A stretch of DNA of 64,000 bases. It comes from Acidobacteriota bacterium. Its GTDB lineage: Bacteria > Acidobacteriota > UBA6911 > RPQK01 > G965218465. Below are positions 10,221 through 19,258 of the stretch, in pieces; the first letter of the stretch is position 1, and each line of letters starts with the position of its first letter. A model generated the notes under the pieces. The model saw only the letters and a list, made by a program, of their open reading frames with translations, was not told the DNA's origin and searched no databases. The DNA lies in assembly GCA_965218465.1 (NCBI GenBank), contig OZ244623.1:2959549-3023548 (forward strand). Direction: 5' to 3'. Position numbers and translations under genes: made by a program.

Positions 10221-11248
10221 TGTCAAGAGCGGTGCTGTGGAGTAAAACTCAAGTCGTGTTGTTGATTGCGATGGTTTTCTTCTCGGTCTTTGCCTCGCCC
10301 TGTCTCGGACAAGAGAGTTGCCCCCCGATCGGAAACAGATCCAGGGTGGTCTCTGACCTCAGTTTCGTCGAGACGATGGCCGAGGGAGAGTTCCTCAGGC
10401 TCGTAGGCAGACGGCTGGTCCGCGATAATATGGCGGATTGTGGAGTCAACCCGAGAGATCTGGACAGTTTCATCCTGCTGGTTTCTCCGCCACTCCAGGG
10501 TGCTGAGCGTGGGAACAACAGCTCTTTTCTCCGCGATATCGAGTTGCAACTCTACTTGGTCAGATCTCGTGAAGAGAAGCGGCCCGATGGCACCAGCGGA
10601 ATCGCCACTCAAGAGATAGCTCTTCCTCAGGCTCCCACGGCATTGACAGAAATATTGGCGGGGTCAGAGCTGGTGGAGGCTACGCTCAACAGGATTGAGT
10701 CGCTTACCATGGTCTTCATTCCTCGCATCTTCGTCGGAGAGCCCATCCGGCGGCTGAGCTCTCCCCAGATCGGAAACGGTCCTGGGACGCCCACTCCAGG
10801 CGACACCGAAGAGCCCACGATCTATGTTTCGCCCGTTGTCTTGGTCCCCACGCGAGCGCTCCGGAGCCGCACTGAGAATCCGCCGGTGTTGCTCAGTACT
10901 TGGATGACCAACCTGGAACGGCTCGGAATCAAGTACCTCAAAGCGATGTTGGACGACTTCGAGAAATCGTCTGGACAGAAGCTCTTGACGCGTCGGACTC
11001 TGATGTTGTTCAGAGGTTGGCAGCCTGTGGAGGGACCCATCGGTTTGGGAAGGAGCGAACAGCCCGGGCTACCCTACACCTGGACCGAGTTAGTCAATCT
11101 TGAGCAGGCCGTTGGAGCAAGAGAGACCGGCCAGTACCTTCAGCGTTTCCAAGACTTCTGGAAAGCGGTCGAGAAAAACATCGATACTTTCCGTCAAGAG
11201 GACCAGGACAAACTCAAGGCTATTTTTGATCAAGAGAAGTCAAACTAG
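10220..11248 (+). CDS. Secreted hypothetical protein (signal peptide MSRAVLWSKTQVVLLIAMVFFSVFASPCLG)
   Basis: ATG overlaps the upstream stop. Classic Sec signal peptide. The track ORF 10079.. is extended upstream by alternate-start logic. Confidence 0.5.
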   Translation: MSRAVLWSKTQVVLLIAMVFFSVFASPCLGQESCPPIGNRSRVVSDLSFVETMAEGEFLRLVGRRLVRDNMADCGVNPRDLDSFILLVSPPLQGAERGNNSSFLRDIELQLYLVRSREEKRPDGTSGIATQEIALPQAPTALTEILAGSELVEATLNRIESLTMVFIPRIFVGEPIRRLSSPQIGNGPGTPTPGDTEEPTIYVSPVVLVPTRALRSRTENPPVLLSTWMTNLERLGIKYLKAMLDDFEKSSGQKLLTRRTLMLFRGWQPVEGPIGLGRSEQPGLPYTWTELVNLEQAVGARETGQYLQRFQDFWKAVEKNIDTFRQEDQDKLKAIFDQEKSN

Positions 11249-11269
11249 ATCGGGATCGCTCTGTCCGTG

Positions 11270-12859
11270 ATGCTAACCTCAATCTATCAGCACAAGACTC
11301 ATAACCGTAGGGAGGTGGACGGTTCACGTTCCAGAAGAATCGTCGGGTTGCTCTTGTTGCTGTTAACGGTGCTGACGGGAGAGGGGCTGTCACAGTGCAC
11401 ACGAGACCGGATTGCCGAAGCGGCCCGCAAAGTCGGTGCGCTCGAATCATCGACTCTCGACATTTTCGGGGCAGGCCGCTTCACCGTCGCCGACGAGGGT
11501 AGCGCTCGCGCCTTCCTGGTGGAGGCCAACCATCTGGCGGCGCGTCTCAGAGAGGTCCTCGGAATCGTCACCCCTCCCTCGAGGGACGAGGTGGTTCCCA
11601 ATGAAGCGGCCGGGCGAGGGTTCAATGCAAGTGAAAAACAAGGACTACTCTGCCTGCAAGACACACTGCAGAAATTTTATGAAAAGGTCGGGGAGGGCCT
11701 GTTGAGGGCGGAAGATCATCTCGCCCGGGCATCGATCCTATTGCATCACAGCGTCATTTTTCCGGAAACCGACTTTCCGCGAACTCCCGGCGCCTTGCTC
11801 GGTCGTGCACTGCGCGACTATGAATCCGTCTACACGGCCGCGCTCCAGGTTTTAGAAGATAGAGGTGGAAACTATGCAACCTATGGCTTGGCCGTCAAGC
11901 TCGGAATCGACCTCAACCGCCCGGCGCCTGCTTTCGAGCATCTCGACGAATTCGTCAAGCTTGCGGTTGCGACCTCGATTCAGTGGCCCGATCACGGCTC
12001 TCAGATCGGAACTGTCCTGAAACAGGTTTTGTGCGCCGGCTACCACCTCTATCCCGGCCGGCGCGATACCATCGAACGCGCCGACCAGATCTTGATTCGC
12101 CTGGATCGGGGCAATCTAGCCGTCTCCGCCCCGGTTTTCCGATTCGTCGGGCGCGTCAACAAGATTCTGCGGCTCTCCGAGATATCGTTCGAGAAAGTCG
12201 GTTCGCCTTGCGAAAGCGGGTCTCCGGGTCGGCTTCTCCGGTTTGGAGAACCGATGGTCGAACTTACCGCCCCGGAGGTGCTGCTGGAAAGGCTGGCAGA
12301 AGCCGAGGAGGAGCTGAGCTCTTCTCTCAGTCTGGTGTCGGAGAGGGGCCTGGGATACTCTTCTTCTTCCCTCAAACGCTGGATGCCGTTCGAGTCATAT
12401 AGCGAGCTTCTTTACCGGATTGCTGAGACGCTCGCACCATCCTATAGCGCGGATAGCGAGACCTGGGAACTCAGGAGTGCCCTCAGGACGCGATCTTGCA
12501 TGGCGCTGATTCGCGGGCTCCAATCGATCGGGATCACAGTCGAGTCTGAGTCGAGGGAACGTCTTCGACGAACCCTCCTTGAGCGAATCGACGAACATGT
12601 CGGCGATCTCTTTGCCCGACTATGGTTCAAGAAAGCAGCCGAGTTCGCGGCTCACTTTTCCCAGCAGAACTATCGAATGTTGCTCCAGGAAAGCCAGTGG
12701 AAACGGCTCAACACTCTTCTAGCTCGGGCCTATTTCATGGACTGTCAGAATGCGAACGCGCTCAGGCGTCTCCGTTCCTCGGACACCACCATAACCAAGC
12801 TGCGAGAGTTCAAAACAACCTATCATGAGAACGGCCTCGACGTCAGCTGCCCGGACTGA
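11270..12859 (+). CDS. Secreted, predominantly alpha-helical hypothetical protein (~529 aa)
   Basis: Hydrophobic N-terminus (RIVGLLLLLLTVLTGEG). 19-nt gap after the previous gene. ATG at 11270; the track's 11267 is a GTG. Confidence 0.45.
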   Translation: MLTSIYQHKTHNRREVDGSRSRRIVGLLLLLLTVLTGEGLSQCTRDRIAEAARKVGALESSTLDIFGAGRFTVADEGSARAFLVEANHLAARLREVLGIVTPPSRDEVVPNEAAGRGFNASEKQGLLCLQDTLQKFYEKVGEGLLRAEDHLARASILLHHSVIFPETDFPRTPGALLGRALRDYESVYTAALQVLEDRGGNYATYGLAVKLGIDLNRPAPAFEHLDEFVKLAVATSIQWPDHGSQIGTVLKQVLCAGYHLYPGRRDTIERADQILIRLDRGNLAVSAPVFRFVGRVNKILRLSEISFEKVGSPCESGSPGRLLRFGEPMVELTAPEVLLERLAEAEEELSSSLSLVSERGLGYSSSSLKRWMPFESYSELLYRIAETLAPSYSADSETWELRSALRTRSCMALIRGLQSIGITVESESRERLRRTLLERIDEHVGDLFARLWFKKAAEFAAHFSQQNYRMLLQESQWKRLNTLLARAYFMDCQNANALRRLRSSDTTITKLREFKTTYHENGLDVSCPD

Positions 12860-12910
12860 AATGGATCATGCAGCTCGAAGAACTCACGATGTGACCCTGG
12901 GAGCGCAACT

Positions 12911-15900
12911 ATGACTCGGAAATTTTTCCGGATTTGGCTGGCAGTCATAGTCTCTGTGGGCGTGATCTCCAACGTGAGCTCTTCGCCCGTCCTTCCAGCG
13001 ACCCAACCGCCAGCAACCGTCGCCCAACAAGTCTCGAGCCGGAGCCAAGTTCAGGTATTGGACCGACTCGTTCGGGAGTATGCGAGCCTACCCGTTTTCG
13101 ACTTGACCCTTGCTCATCGCCACCAGAGCTTCGAACTTCAGTACGACCGGGCCTACTCGATCGCCCGGGAGATGCAGCAACTGGCAAACACAGCCGAGCA
13201 GTCTTTTCTGAGAAGCTACCCCACGACTCTGAACCGGCAGGAAATGGAAGCGAACGTCAGAATCCATGTTCTGATGGCCATCGTCGGCGCTCGGCTCGGC
13301 TATGAGGAGTTTTTCGAAAGACACCTGGAAGTCGCTTTGGATAGAATTCGGCGCCACTATGGCTACCGCGGTCGTGACGCACGGCTGGAGTTGAAAAAAA
13401 TCGCTGATGGGGGGTCAAGTATCGAAAACTCCTCCCTTGCGGACACGTTCTGTCGCCAGGCGAGTACGATTCTCTCGCAGCCCACCGTGGGGCATCCCCG
13501 CAATCCGCCTTCCTGCCTTTCTCCGGACCCGGAGCCGAGTTTCTTCGAGCGCTTGCTGAGAAATGCTGGCGATCCCAAAGAGCTGGTCTTCGACCGCAGC
13601 GCGAACATAACCAATCTCTCCGGGTTCGCCATCCGGGTAGCCAATTACGCCACGGCCTCGCCACAGTCGATTCTTTTCGCCAACGCGCTGACGAAGGTGC
13701 TTGCCGACCCTCTGGTCACGAACTGGTTCATCCGTTTCTACCGGGATCAGGCTGTCGACGTTCCGACGGTAGACAGGCGCATCCGTTCGGATGTTCCGTC
13801 GTCATCGGATCGGCAACAACCTCCTCCGCTCTATGCACAGCAAGGTCGGGTCAATATTCAATCGAGCGACTACTTCGTCGTCGACCGGGGTGATCGGCAG
13901 AAAATCGAGTGGCTAGGCCATGTCCGGAACCTTTTTGAGCTGAAGCAGCAGATCTCTATCAAAGTTCGGATACCGGTTGGTGAATATCTGGTTTATCCGA
14001 CTAGACAGGCCTTTCCAACAGAGTTCTCACTCAAGCCGAACCTGATCGTCACGACCAGTTCCTTCGAGCCCATGCCGGGGTTTGACCTCTATTTGAGTCC
14101 CTCGGAATCGAGTGTCAGCGTCGTCCCGAAACAGAAACCTGGTTCAATCAAGGCTTCTCTGTTCAAACCGGACTTCAAGCTCCTTCGTTTCGATGTTGGA
14201 ATTGACGACAGTTCAAGGGACATCAGTGGAGGCGTCGAGCTCCGACTATTTCACCGCATCAATCGCTACCTCGCGGTTCAAACTCAATTGGAAGGCGTTT
14301 TTCTCAAACACCACGACAACATCAACCCGCTCAACCCCCGGATTTTCCGCCGCGACTCTATTCCGTTTGAGAATTTCACAAGCCGTGAGGTCCAGTTCGA
14401 TATCGGTCCCGTCATGCGTTTCGACCGTTGGCAACTGGCGGTCATGGAGAGCTTTCGCCTGGTTAATCGCAGTGGCTGGGATTCTTCGGGAGAGATCGGC
14501 CAGTTCTTCTTCAACCTCGGTTATCTGATCCCTGCGCGGGGTCAGGTCGGCCTTTACGCAACACGTGCCAACAAACAAGAGTCGGTCGTGAATCGGGTGC
14601 GCCTCGAAACGACTCTCGTTGAAGAGATCTATCTCAGGGTCACAGATCAGATTGGAGTGAACTTCAATATTCACTTGGGAAAGGGTTTTTCCGTGGAAGG
14701 GGCGTTTGGCCATCTCGACACGATTCGGCGGAAAAATGCCTGGGGTGGGGTCGTGCGCACTTACCTGCCACCGATCTGGAAAAGGGTTCAACTGACGACC
14801 GAGTTCGGCTTCAACGAAGGCTTTGTTGCTCAGAGTAACAACTGGCGGTTCGGCGTAGGCCTTCGTTTTGGAGGATGGGGCCGGGCCGGGGGGCCGGCAC
14901 CTTCGACCGTGCTCGGCCGCTCGGCCGGGCCTGAACCGGTATTCGTACCCCGTGTGCGCTATGAGACTCTGACGCGAGTCGTGCGAGATGGGAATCGCAG
15001 GCCAGTGGCCGATGCCGGGCCCGATCAATTGGACTTGGTTCCGTCCGAACGGTTGCCGGGCGGAGATCTCGGGAGGAAGGTCGTTATCGACGGAAGCAGT
15101 TCCTTTGATCCGGATGGCGACGAGATCAGCTACGAGTGGACTAAATTGGACGACTGCCCTGATTCCATCACGTTCGAGGATTTACAGGGAACCGGATCGG
15201 TGGGACCTGCGTCGGCCGCCATCTCCTTCGCGATCAACAATGGTGAGAGCTGTAGTGTCCAGTTGATCGTCGAAGATAGCCTGGGGTTGAAGGGCGATCC
15301 CGACATCGTCCGGGTGTCGGTCCAACGGGGGCCTCTCCCGGTCATCGTCAGTTTCACCGCCCAACCGGCGACGATCCCAATGGGCGCGGAGTCGACGTTG
15401 AGCTGGGAAACCCGCGATGCGGAAACGGTTGAAATCACTAATGTTTCGAACTCGAGTACGCTTCCGGTCAATGGAAGTGTCTCCGTAACGCCCTCGGTCA
15501 CGACCACTTACGTCCTTTCGGCCTGCAACGCGGCGAGAGAGTGTGCGACAGCGCAGACCACCGTGGTCGTCAAGGCAGATTTGCCGGTCATCGTCAGTTT
15601 CACCGCCCAACCGGCGACGATCCCAATGGGCGCGGAGTCGACGTTGAGCTGGGAAACCCGCGATGCGGAAACGGTTGAAATCACTAATGTTTCGAACTCG
15701 AGTACGCTTCCGGTCAATGGAAGTGTCTCCGTAACGCCCTCGGTCACGACCACTTACGTCCTTTCGGCCTGCAACGCGGCGAGAGAGTGTGCGACAGCGC
15801 AGACCACCGTGGTCGTCAAGGCAGATTTGCCGGTCATCGTCAGTTTCACCGCCCAACCGGCGACGATCCCAATGGGCGCGGAGTCGACGTTGAGCTGGGA

Positions 15901-17095
15901 AACCCGCGATGCGGAAACGGTTGAAATCACTAATGTTTCGAACTCGAGTACGCTTCCGGTCAATGGAAGTGTCTCCGTAACGCCCTCGGTCACGACCACT
16001 TACGTCCTTTCGGCCTGCAACGCGGCGAGAGAGTGTGCGACAGCGCAGACCACCGTGGTCGTCAAGGCAGATTTGCCGGTCATCGTCAGTTTCACCGCCC
16101 AACCGGCGACGATCCCAATGGGCGCGGAGTCGACGTTGAGCTGGGAAACCCGCGATGCGGAAACGGTTGAAATCACTAATGTTTCGAACTCGAGTACGCT
16201 TCCGGTCAATGGAAGTGTCTCCGTAACGCCCTCGGTCACGACCACTTACGTCCTTTCGGCCTGCAACGCGGCGAGAGAGTGTGCGACAGCGCAGACCACC
16301 GTGGTCGTCAAGGCAGATTTGCCGGTCATCGTCAGTTTCACCGCCCAACCGGCGACGATCCGAGTGGGCGCGGAGTCGACGTTGAGCTGGGAGGTGCAAA
16401 ACGCGACCCGAGTGGACATCACCAACAGCCAAGACTTTGTACCATCCTTGCCCAGCACCATCCCGCTAATCTCCAGCGGAGTTGTGATGCCTTCGGCGAC
16501 CACGACCTACACGCTGACCGCGTCCAATGATGACGGAGCGACCGCATCGGCCCAGTTGACCGTGCTGGTTCTACCCGTTCTTCCGCAGATTCTGAGTTTC
16601 GCTGCGACTCCAACACAGATCCTGACCGGGGAGTGCACGACTTTGAGTTGGGAGACAGAGGGAGCAGATTCGGTCTTCCTTACGAATTTGACCTCCGGTG
16701 ATACTCCAATCGCCGTCAACCCGGACGACAGCGTGATCGTTTGTCCCACTCAAACGACGGCTTTCACTCTCACAGCGACGAATTCCGCAGATGAGGTCTC
16801 GACGGCGCAGGTGACGGTCTATGTCCAAGAAGACTTGCCTGTGATCGTCAGCTTTACCGCCAAACCTACTGACATCTTCCAAGGTAAGAGTAGTGAGTTG
16901 TGCTGGGAGGTGGAAAATGTAGAAAGAGTGTCCATTACCAATATCCCCAACGGCGACAACCTGCCCGCCATGGGATGCAAGACCGTCCAGCCAACGGGAA
17001 CGACGACCTATACGCTGACCGCAGTGGGTAATGGGGGCGTCGTCCAAGCCACGGCGACGGTGGTGGTGAGATCCACACCCTCGTTCCCATTCTAG
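12911..17095 (+). CDS. Giant (1394 aa) secreted repeat protein: signal peptide, predicted outer-membrane beta-barrel-like segment, PKD-like module, 7 Ig-like ~82-aa modules; candidate inverse-autotransporter-like adhesin
   Basis: Signal peptide MTRKFFRIWLAVIVSVGVISNVSS. Amphipathic alternating-hydrophobic stretch ~14100-14900 ending ...NNWRFGVGLRFGGW (aromatic-terminated, typical of a last beta-strand). VIDGSSSFDPDGDEISYEW PKD-like motif. Seven modules of pattern P.I.SF.A.P..I..G...TL.WE......V.I.N.......G......P..TTTY.L.A.N......A...V.V. Confidence 0.65.
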   Translation: MTRKFFRIWLAVIVSVGVISNVSSSPVLPATQPPATVAQQVSSRSQVQVLDRLVREYASLPVFDLTLAHRHQSFELQYDRAYSIAREMQQLANTAEQSFLRSYPTTLNRQEMEANVRIHVLMAIVGARLGYEEFFERHLEVALDRIRRHYGYRGRDARLELKKIADGGSSIENSSLADTFCRQASTILSQPTVGHPRNPPSCLSPDPEPSFFERLLRNAGDPKELVFDRSANITNLSGFAIRVANYATASPQSILFANALTKVLADPLVTNWFIRFYRDQAVDVPTVDRRIRSDVPSSSDRQQPPPLYAQQGRVNIQSSDYFVVDRGDRQKIEWLGHVRNLFELKQQISIKVRIPVGEYLVYPTRQAFPTEFSLKPNLIVTTSSFEPMPGFDLYLSPSESSVSVVPKQKPGSIKASLFKPDFKLLRFDVGIDDSSRDISGGVELRLFHRINRYLAVQTQLEGVFLKHHDNINPLNPRIFRRDSIPFENFTSREVQFDIGPVMRFDRWQLAVMESFRLVNRSGWDSSGEIGQFFFNLGYLIPARGQVGLYATRANKQESVVNRVRLETTLVEEIYLRVTDQIGVNFNIHLGKGFSVEGAFGHLDTIRRKNAWGGVVRTYLPPIWKRVQLTTEFGFNEGFVAQSNNWRFGVGLRFGGWGRAGGPAPSTVLGRSAGPEPVFVPRVRYETLTRVVRDGNRRPVADAGPDQLDLVPSERLPGGDLGRKVVIDGSSSFDPDGDEISYEWTKLDDCPDSITFEDLQGTGSVGPASAAISFAINNGESCSVQLIVEDSLGLKGDPDIVRVSVQRGPLPVIVSFTAQPATIPMGAESTLSWETRDAETVEITNVSNSSTLPVNGSVSVTPSVTTTYVLSACNAARECATAQTTVVVKADLPVIVSFTAQPATIPMGAESTLSWETRDAETVEITNVSNSSTLPVNGSVSVTPSVTTTYVLSACNAARECATAQTTVVVKADLPVIVSFTAQPATIPMGAESTLSWETRDAETVEITNVSNSSTLPVNGSVSVTPSVTTTYVLSACNAARECATAQTTVVVKADLPVIVSFTAQPATIPMGAESTLSWETRDAETVEITNVSNSSTLPVNGSVSVTPSVTTTYVLSACNAARECATAQTTVVVKADLPVIVSFTAQPATIRVGAESTLSWEVQNATRVDITNSQDFVPSLPSTIPLISSGVVMPSATTTYTLTASNDDGATASAQLTVLVLPVLPQILSFAATPTQILTGECTTLSWETEGADSVFLTNLTSGDTPIAVNPDDSVIVCPTQTTAFTLTATNSADEVSTAQVTVYVQEDLPVIVSFTAKPTDIFQGKSSELCWEVENVERVSITNIPNGDNLPAMGCKTVQPTGTTTYTLTAVGNGGVVQATATVVVRSTPSFPF
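15338..16358. repeat. Perfect tandem DNA repeat, 246-bp unit x4 (15338, 15584, 15830, 16076) plus identical first 37 nt of a 5th unit; inside the giant-protein gene
   Basis: Unit start ccggtcatcgtcagtttcacc recurs at an exact 246-nt period. Three minus-strand ORFs (15508..15753, 15754..15999, 16000..16245) have identical translations, confirming 100% identity. Diverged copies continue to ~17090. Confidence 0.9.
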
Positions 17096-17296
17096 TCTAG
17101 ATCGCATCCGGGAAGTCGGGTTTTTTGAGATTGATAGAGTGAGGGAAGGTGCGAGAAGCTGCAAAAAGGCAGAGCGGATGGGGCAGCTGGCAAGAGTTTC
17201 AACTCCGGTGAGAGCCGATACTGGTTTGTGAAGAGACTGGTCCCTGACAGTAGTTGCTGGTGCTGAATCCATCGGCGCTTACAGCAGCAGGCGTGC

Positions 17297-17733
17297 CAGG
17301 ACCAGCAAGTTGAAGCTGGTGACCGACAGGTGCACATACTGCTGAAAGTGCTGCCAGCCTTTCCAGGGGCAGCGTTTGACTGCGAAGACTCGCTTGAGCA
17401 TCGAGATGCAGCCTTCGATGCCGGCCCGGAAACGTCGCAGTTGACGGTAGACCCAGCTGGAGCGCACCATCTGGTGGACCTTCAGGCGGCCTTTCTTGGC
17501 GAAGGCGACTCTTGAATGCCTTGCTCCTTGGCCCACTGCAGATTGGCGCGGGTGGCAAAGCCGCCGTCGAAGCTGGCCTGTCGAGGCCAGCCGCGGCCGT
17601 AGAGGTCAAAACTGGCGCTGGAGCAAGGGCTGGAGCTGAGACTGATCAGCCGGGTTGCCTGCCACGACCTCACAGTCCAGAATCAGTCTGGAGGCTCCGC
17701 AGGTTAAAAACAGCTTGTGGCCAAAGACTGTTT
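17297..17733 (-). mobile_element. IS remnant (DDE_Tnp_1-type transposase, IS5/IS1182/IS4-like), 5'-truncated and frameshifted
   Basis: Minus-strand frames give ...[35 protein letters not shown] (G.K.H..VD....P....T.ANVHD motif), SFDGGFATRANLQWAKEQGI (DxGYxSxxNxxxLxxxGI motif) and C-terminal GIEGCISMLKRVFAVKRCPWKGWQ...NLLVLARLL, in three different frames. Abuts the gltD-fragment repeat at 17733/17734. Confidence 0.6.
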
Positions 17734-17992
17734 TCCGGCCGATCTGGTCCTTCTTGCAGCCGGCTTTCTGGGGCCGGAACTTGATTTGACCAGGGGTCTG
17801 GGGCTGGAAACGCAGCGTCCTCGTTCCAACTGGGAGACATTTAGGGCTACCGTCCCAGAGTATTCCACCAATGTCGAGGGGGTCTTTGCCGCGGGCGATT
17901 GCCGCCGCGGGCAATCGCTGGTGGTTTGGGCTATCCAGGAGGGCCGAGGAGCAGCCCGCGCCATCGACAAATTTCTCTGCGACCGGTAAACC
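17734..17992 (+). pseudogene. gltD 3'-terminal fragment (last ~86 codons) within direct repeat copy 2
   Basis: [83 protein letters not shown] is near-identical to the gltD C-terminus. No 5' part present. Confidence 0.8.
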
Positions 17993-18549
17993 GGCTCTCG
18001 GCCCCACTTTGGCAACGGTCATAAAAAGCGTCCTGACCCAAGGAAGACCGTAGTCGACATCAATGGGCTTTGAGTAACGCTCCCCAAAAGCCTCAGTAAG
18101 AACAACAGCATCGATCTCAGAGGTTTGCTGTGTTCATGCTGCCAATACGCCCTGATAAACAATTTCAAACTCTTTTCTTGATTCAACAGGATAATAATCG
18201 ATTGTCAACTTGGAATCTTGGAGGTTCAACGATGATGAGATCATTTACTGAATGAGGTTTCCAGGTTGGAATTTCTTGACAGTCAAGATAATTTTATTGT
18301 AGAGCTTGGAACACTGTTAAAAAGTCAATCACGACTGTCTCTGAGGAGGAACCGACATTGCCGAAACTACGCCTGGAACCTAAGATCAAAGCCCCAATTA
18401 CGGAAACGGAGTATGGTCAATACAAGGATCTGCTTCAAAAAGCGAAAGCGAACGCAGGTGATCATCATGTTTTTGTTGATCTGGAGGAAGGTGAAAACTC
18501 TACCTATGTGCGGAAGGCGATCAATTTTGTTGCCGGGAAAGAAGGTATC
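17734..18549. repeat. Direct repeat copy 2 (see 7169..7983)
   Basis: See copy 1. Confidence 0.8.
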
Positions 18550-18822
18550 TCTCTCAGATTGACGTTGCGCAGGGGGCAGAATACCTTTTCCCTGCGCTTC
18601 GGCAAATCCGATAGGTCACCGGTACGGCGATCGGCTCGGGAGGCTCGCGACCTGATCATTGACGCTCTCAAGAAGGCCGGCACCCAACTGCAACGCTCCC
18701 AGATTCTCAAGCATACTGGACTGAGTGCCGGAACTTGGAACATCCGAATTCGCGAACTGCTACGGGACGGCTTGGTGAAGAAAGAAGGTAAGGGCCGGGA
18801 TACCAGCTACACGGTAGATTGA
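18358..18822 (+). CDS. Winged-helix DNA-binding protein (154 aa), unknown regulon
   Basis: C-terminus SAREARDLIIDALKKAGTQLQRSQILKHTGLSAGTWNIRIRELLRDGLVKKEGKGRDTSYTV resembles a wHTH (MarR/PadR-like recognition helix + wing). TTG start with gaggagg SD. Confidence 0.5.
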   Translation: MPKLRLEPKIKAPITETEYGQYKDLLQKAKANAGDHHVFVDLEEGENSTYVRKAINFVAGKEGISLRLTLRRGQNTFSLRFGKSDRSPVRRSAREARDLIIDALKKAGTQLQRSQILKHTGLSAGTWNIRIRELLRDGLVKKEGKGRDTSYTVD

Positions 18823-18831
18823 AGTCAGGCT

Positions 18832-18848
18832 CAATGCTGCAGGCATTG
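18832..18848 (+). terminator. Hairpin CAATGC-tgcag-GCATTG 10 nt after the wHTH gene stop
   Basis: 6-bp perfect inverted repeat followed by a GC-rich stretch. No U-run. Confidence 0.2.
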
Positions 18849-19258
18849 AGGGGCGCCGGGGAGCCCCGCCCGGCACCAATCGATCCATTGCACTTGAAAG
18901 AAGTGTTGGTTGTCTCTTCCCCTTCTTCGTCAACAAGCGGGCTCAACTCGCCCCGATTGGCTCTTGGACTGGACTAGCCAAACTCTTGGACCTCGCCGGT
19001 GAACCCATTTCATCGGCAACCCCGTAAGGCTGAAGGGCTCTTGCAATTAAGCTGCCGAGTGCATGCCGCAGATCCGACCGGATCCCGGAGGTTCCTGACA
19101 CAGGTGACCGCTCATCCTTGGGCTGTCTCTTGGGGCCTGTTGTCAATTGGGGACGAGGCTTGCCGCTTCCCACCAGCCTTTTCCGCCCTAAGGAATGTAG
19201 GAGACAAAGACAGTTTTGTAGACCCGGCATTCCACCCGCTCGGCAGAAAACACTGAAA

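Noticed and set aside
15182-16503. Long minus-strand ORFs (416 aa at 15182..16432; identical 81-aa ORFs at 15508, 15754, 16000; 85 aa at 16246) across the tandem-repeat region
   Set aside because: They are antisense to the 1394-aa plus-strand gene, which has a signal peptide, a PKD motif and coherent module structure. Their internal repetition simply mirrors the 246-bp DNA repeat. Low-complexity RR/DD-rich translations.
15338-17090. Considered whether the regular repeats could be a CRISPR array
   Set aside because: 246-bp units with no unique spacers. They lie entirely within a long protein-coding frame that translates to Ig-like modules. No cas genes nearby.
17606-18022. 138-aa minus-strand ORF spanning the IS remnant / gltD-fragment junction
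   Set aside because: A chimera of a transposase-fragment frame and antisense of the gltD stub. Not a gene; it was used only to recognise the transposase motif.
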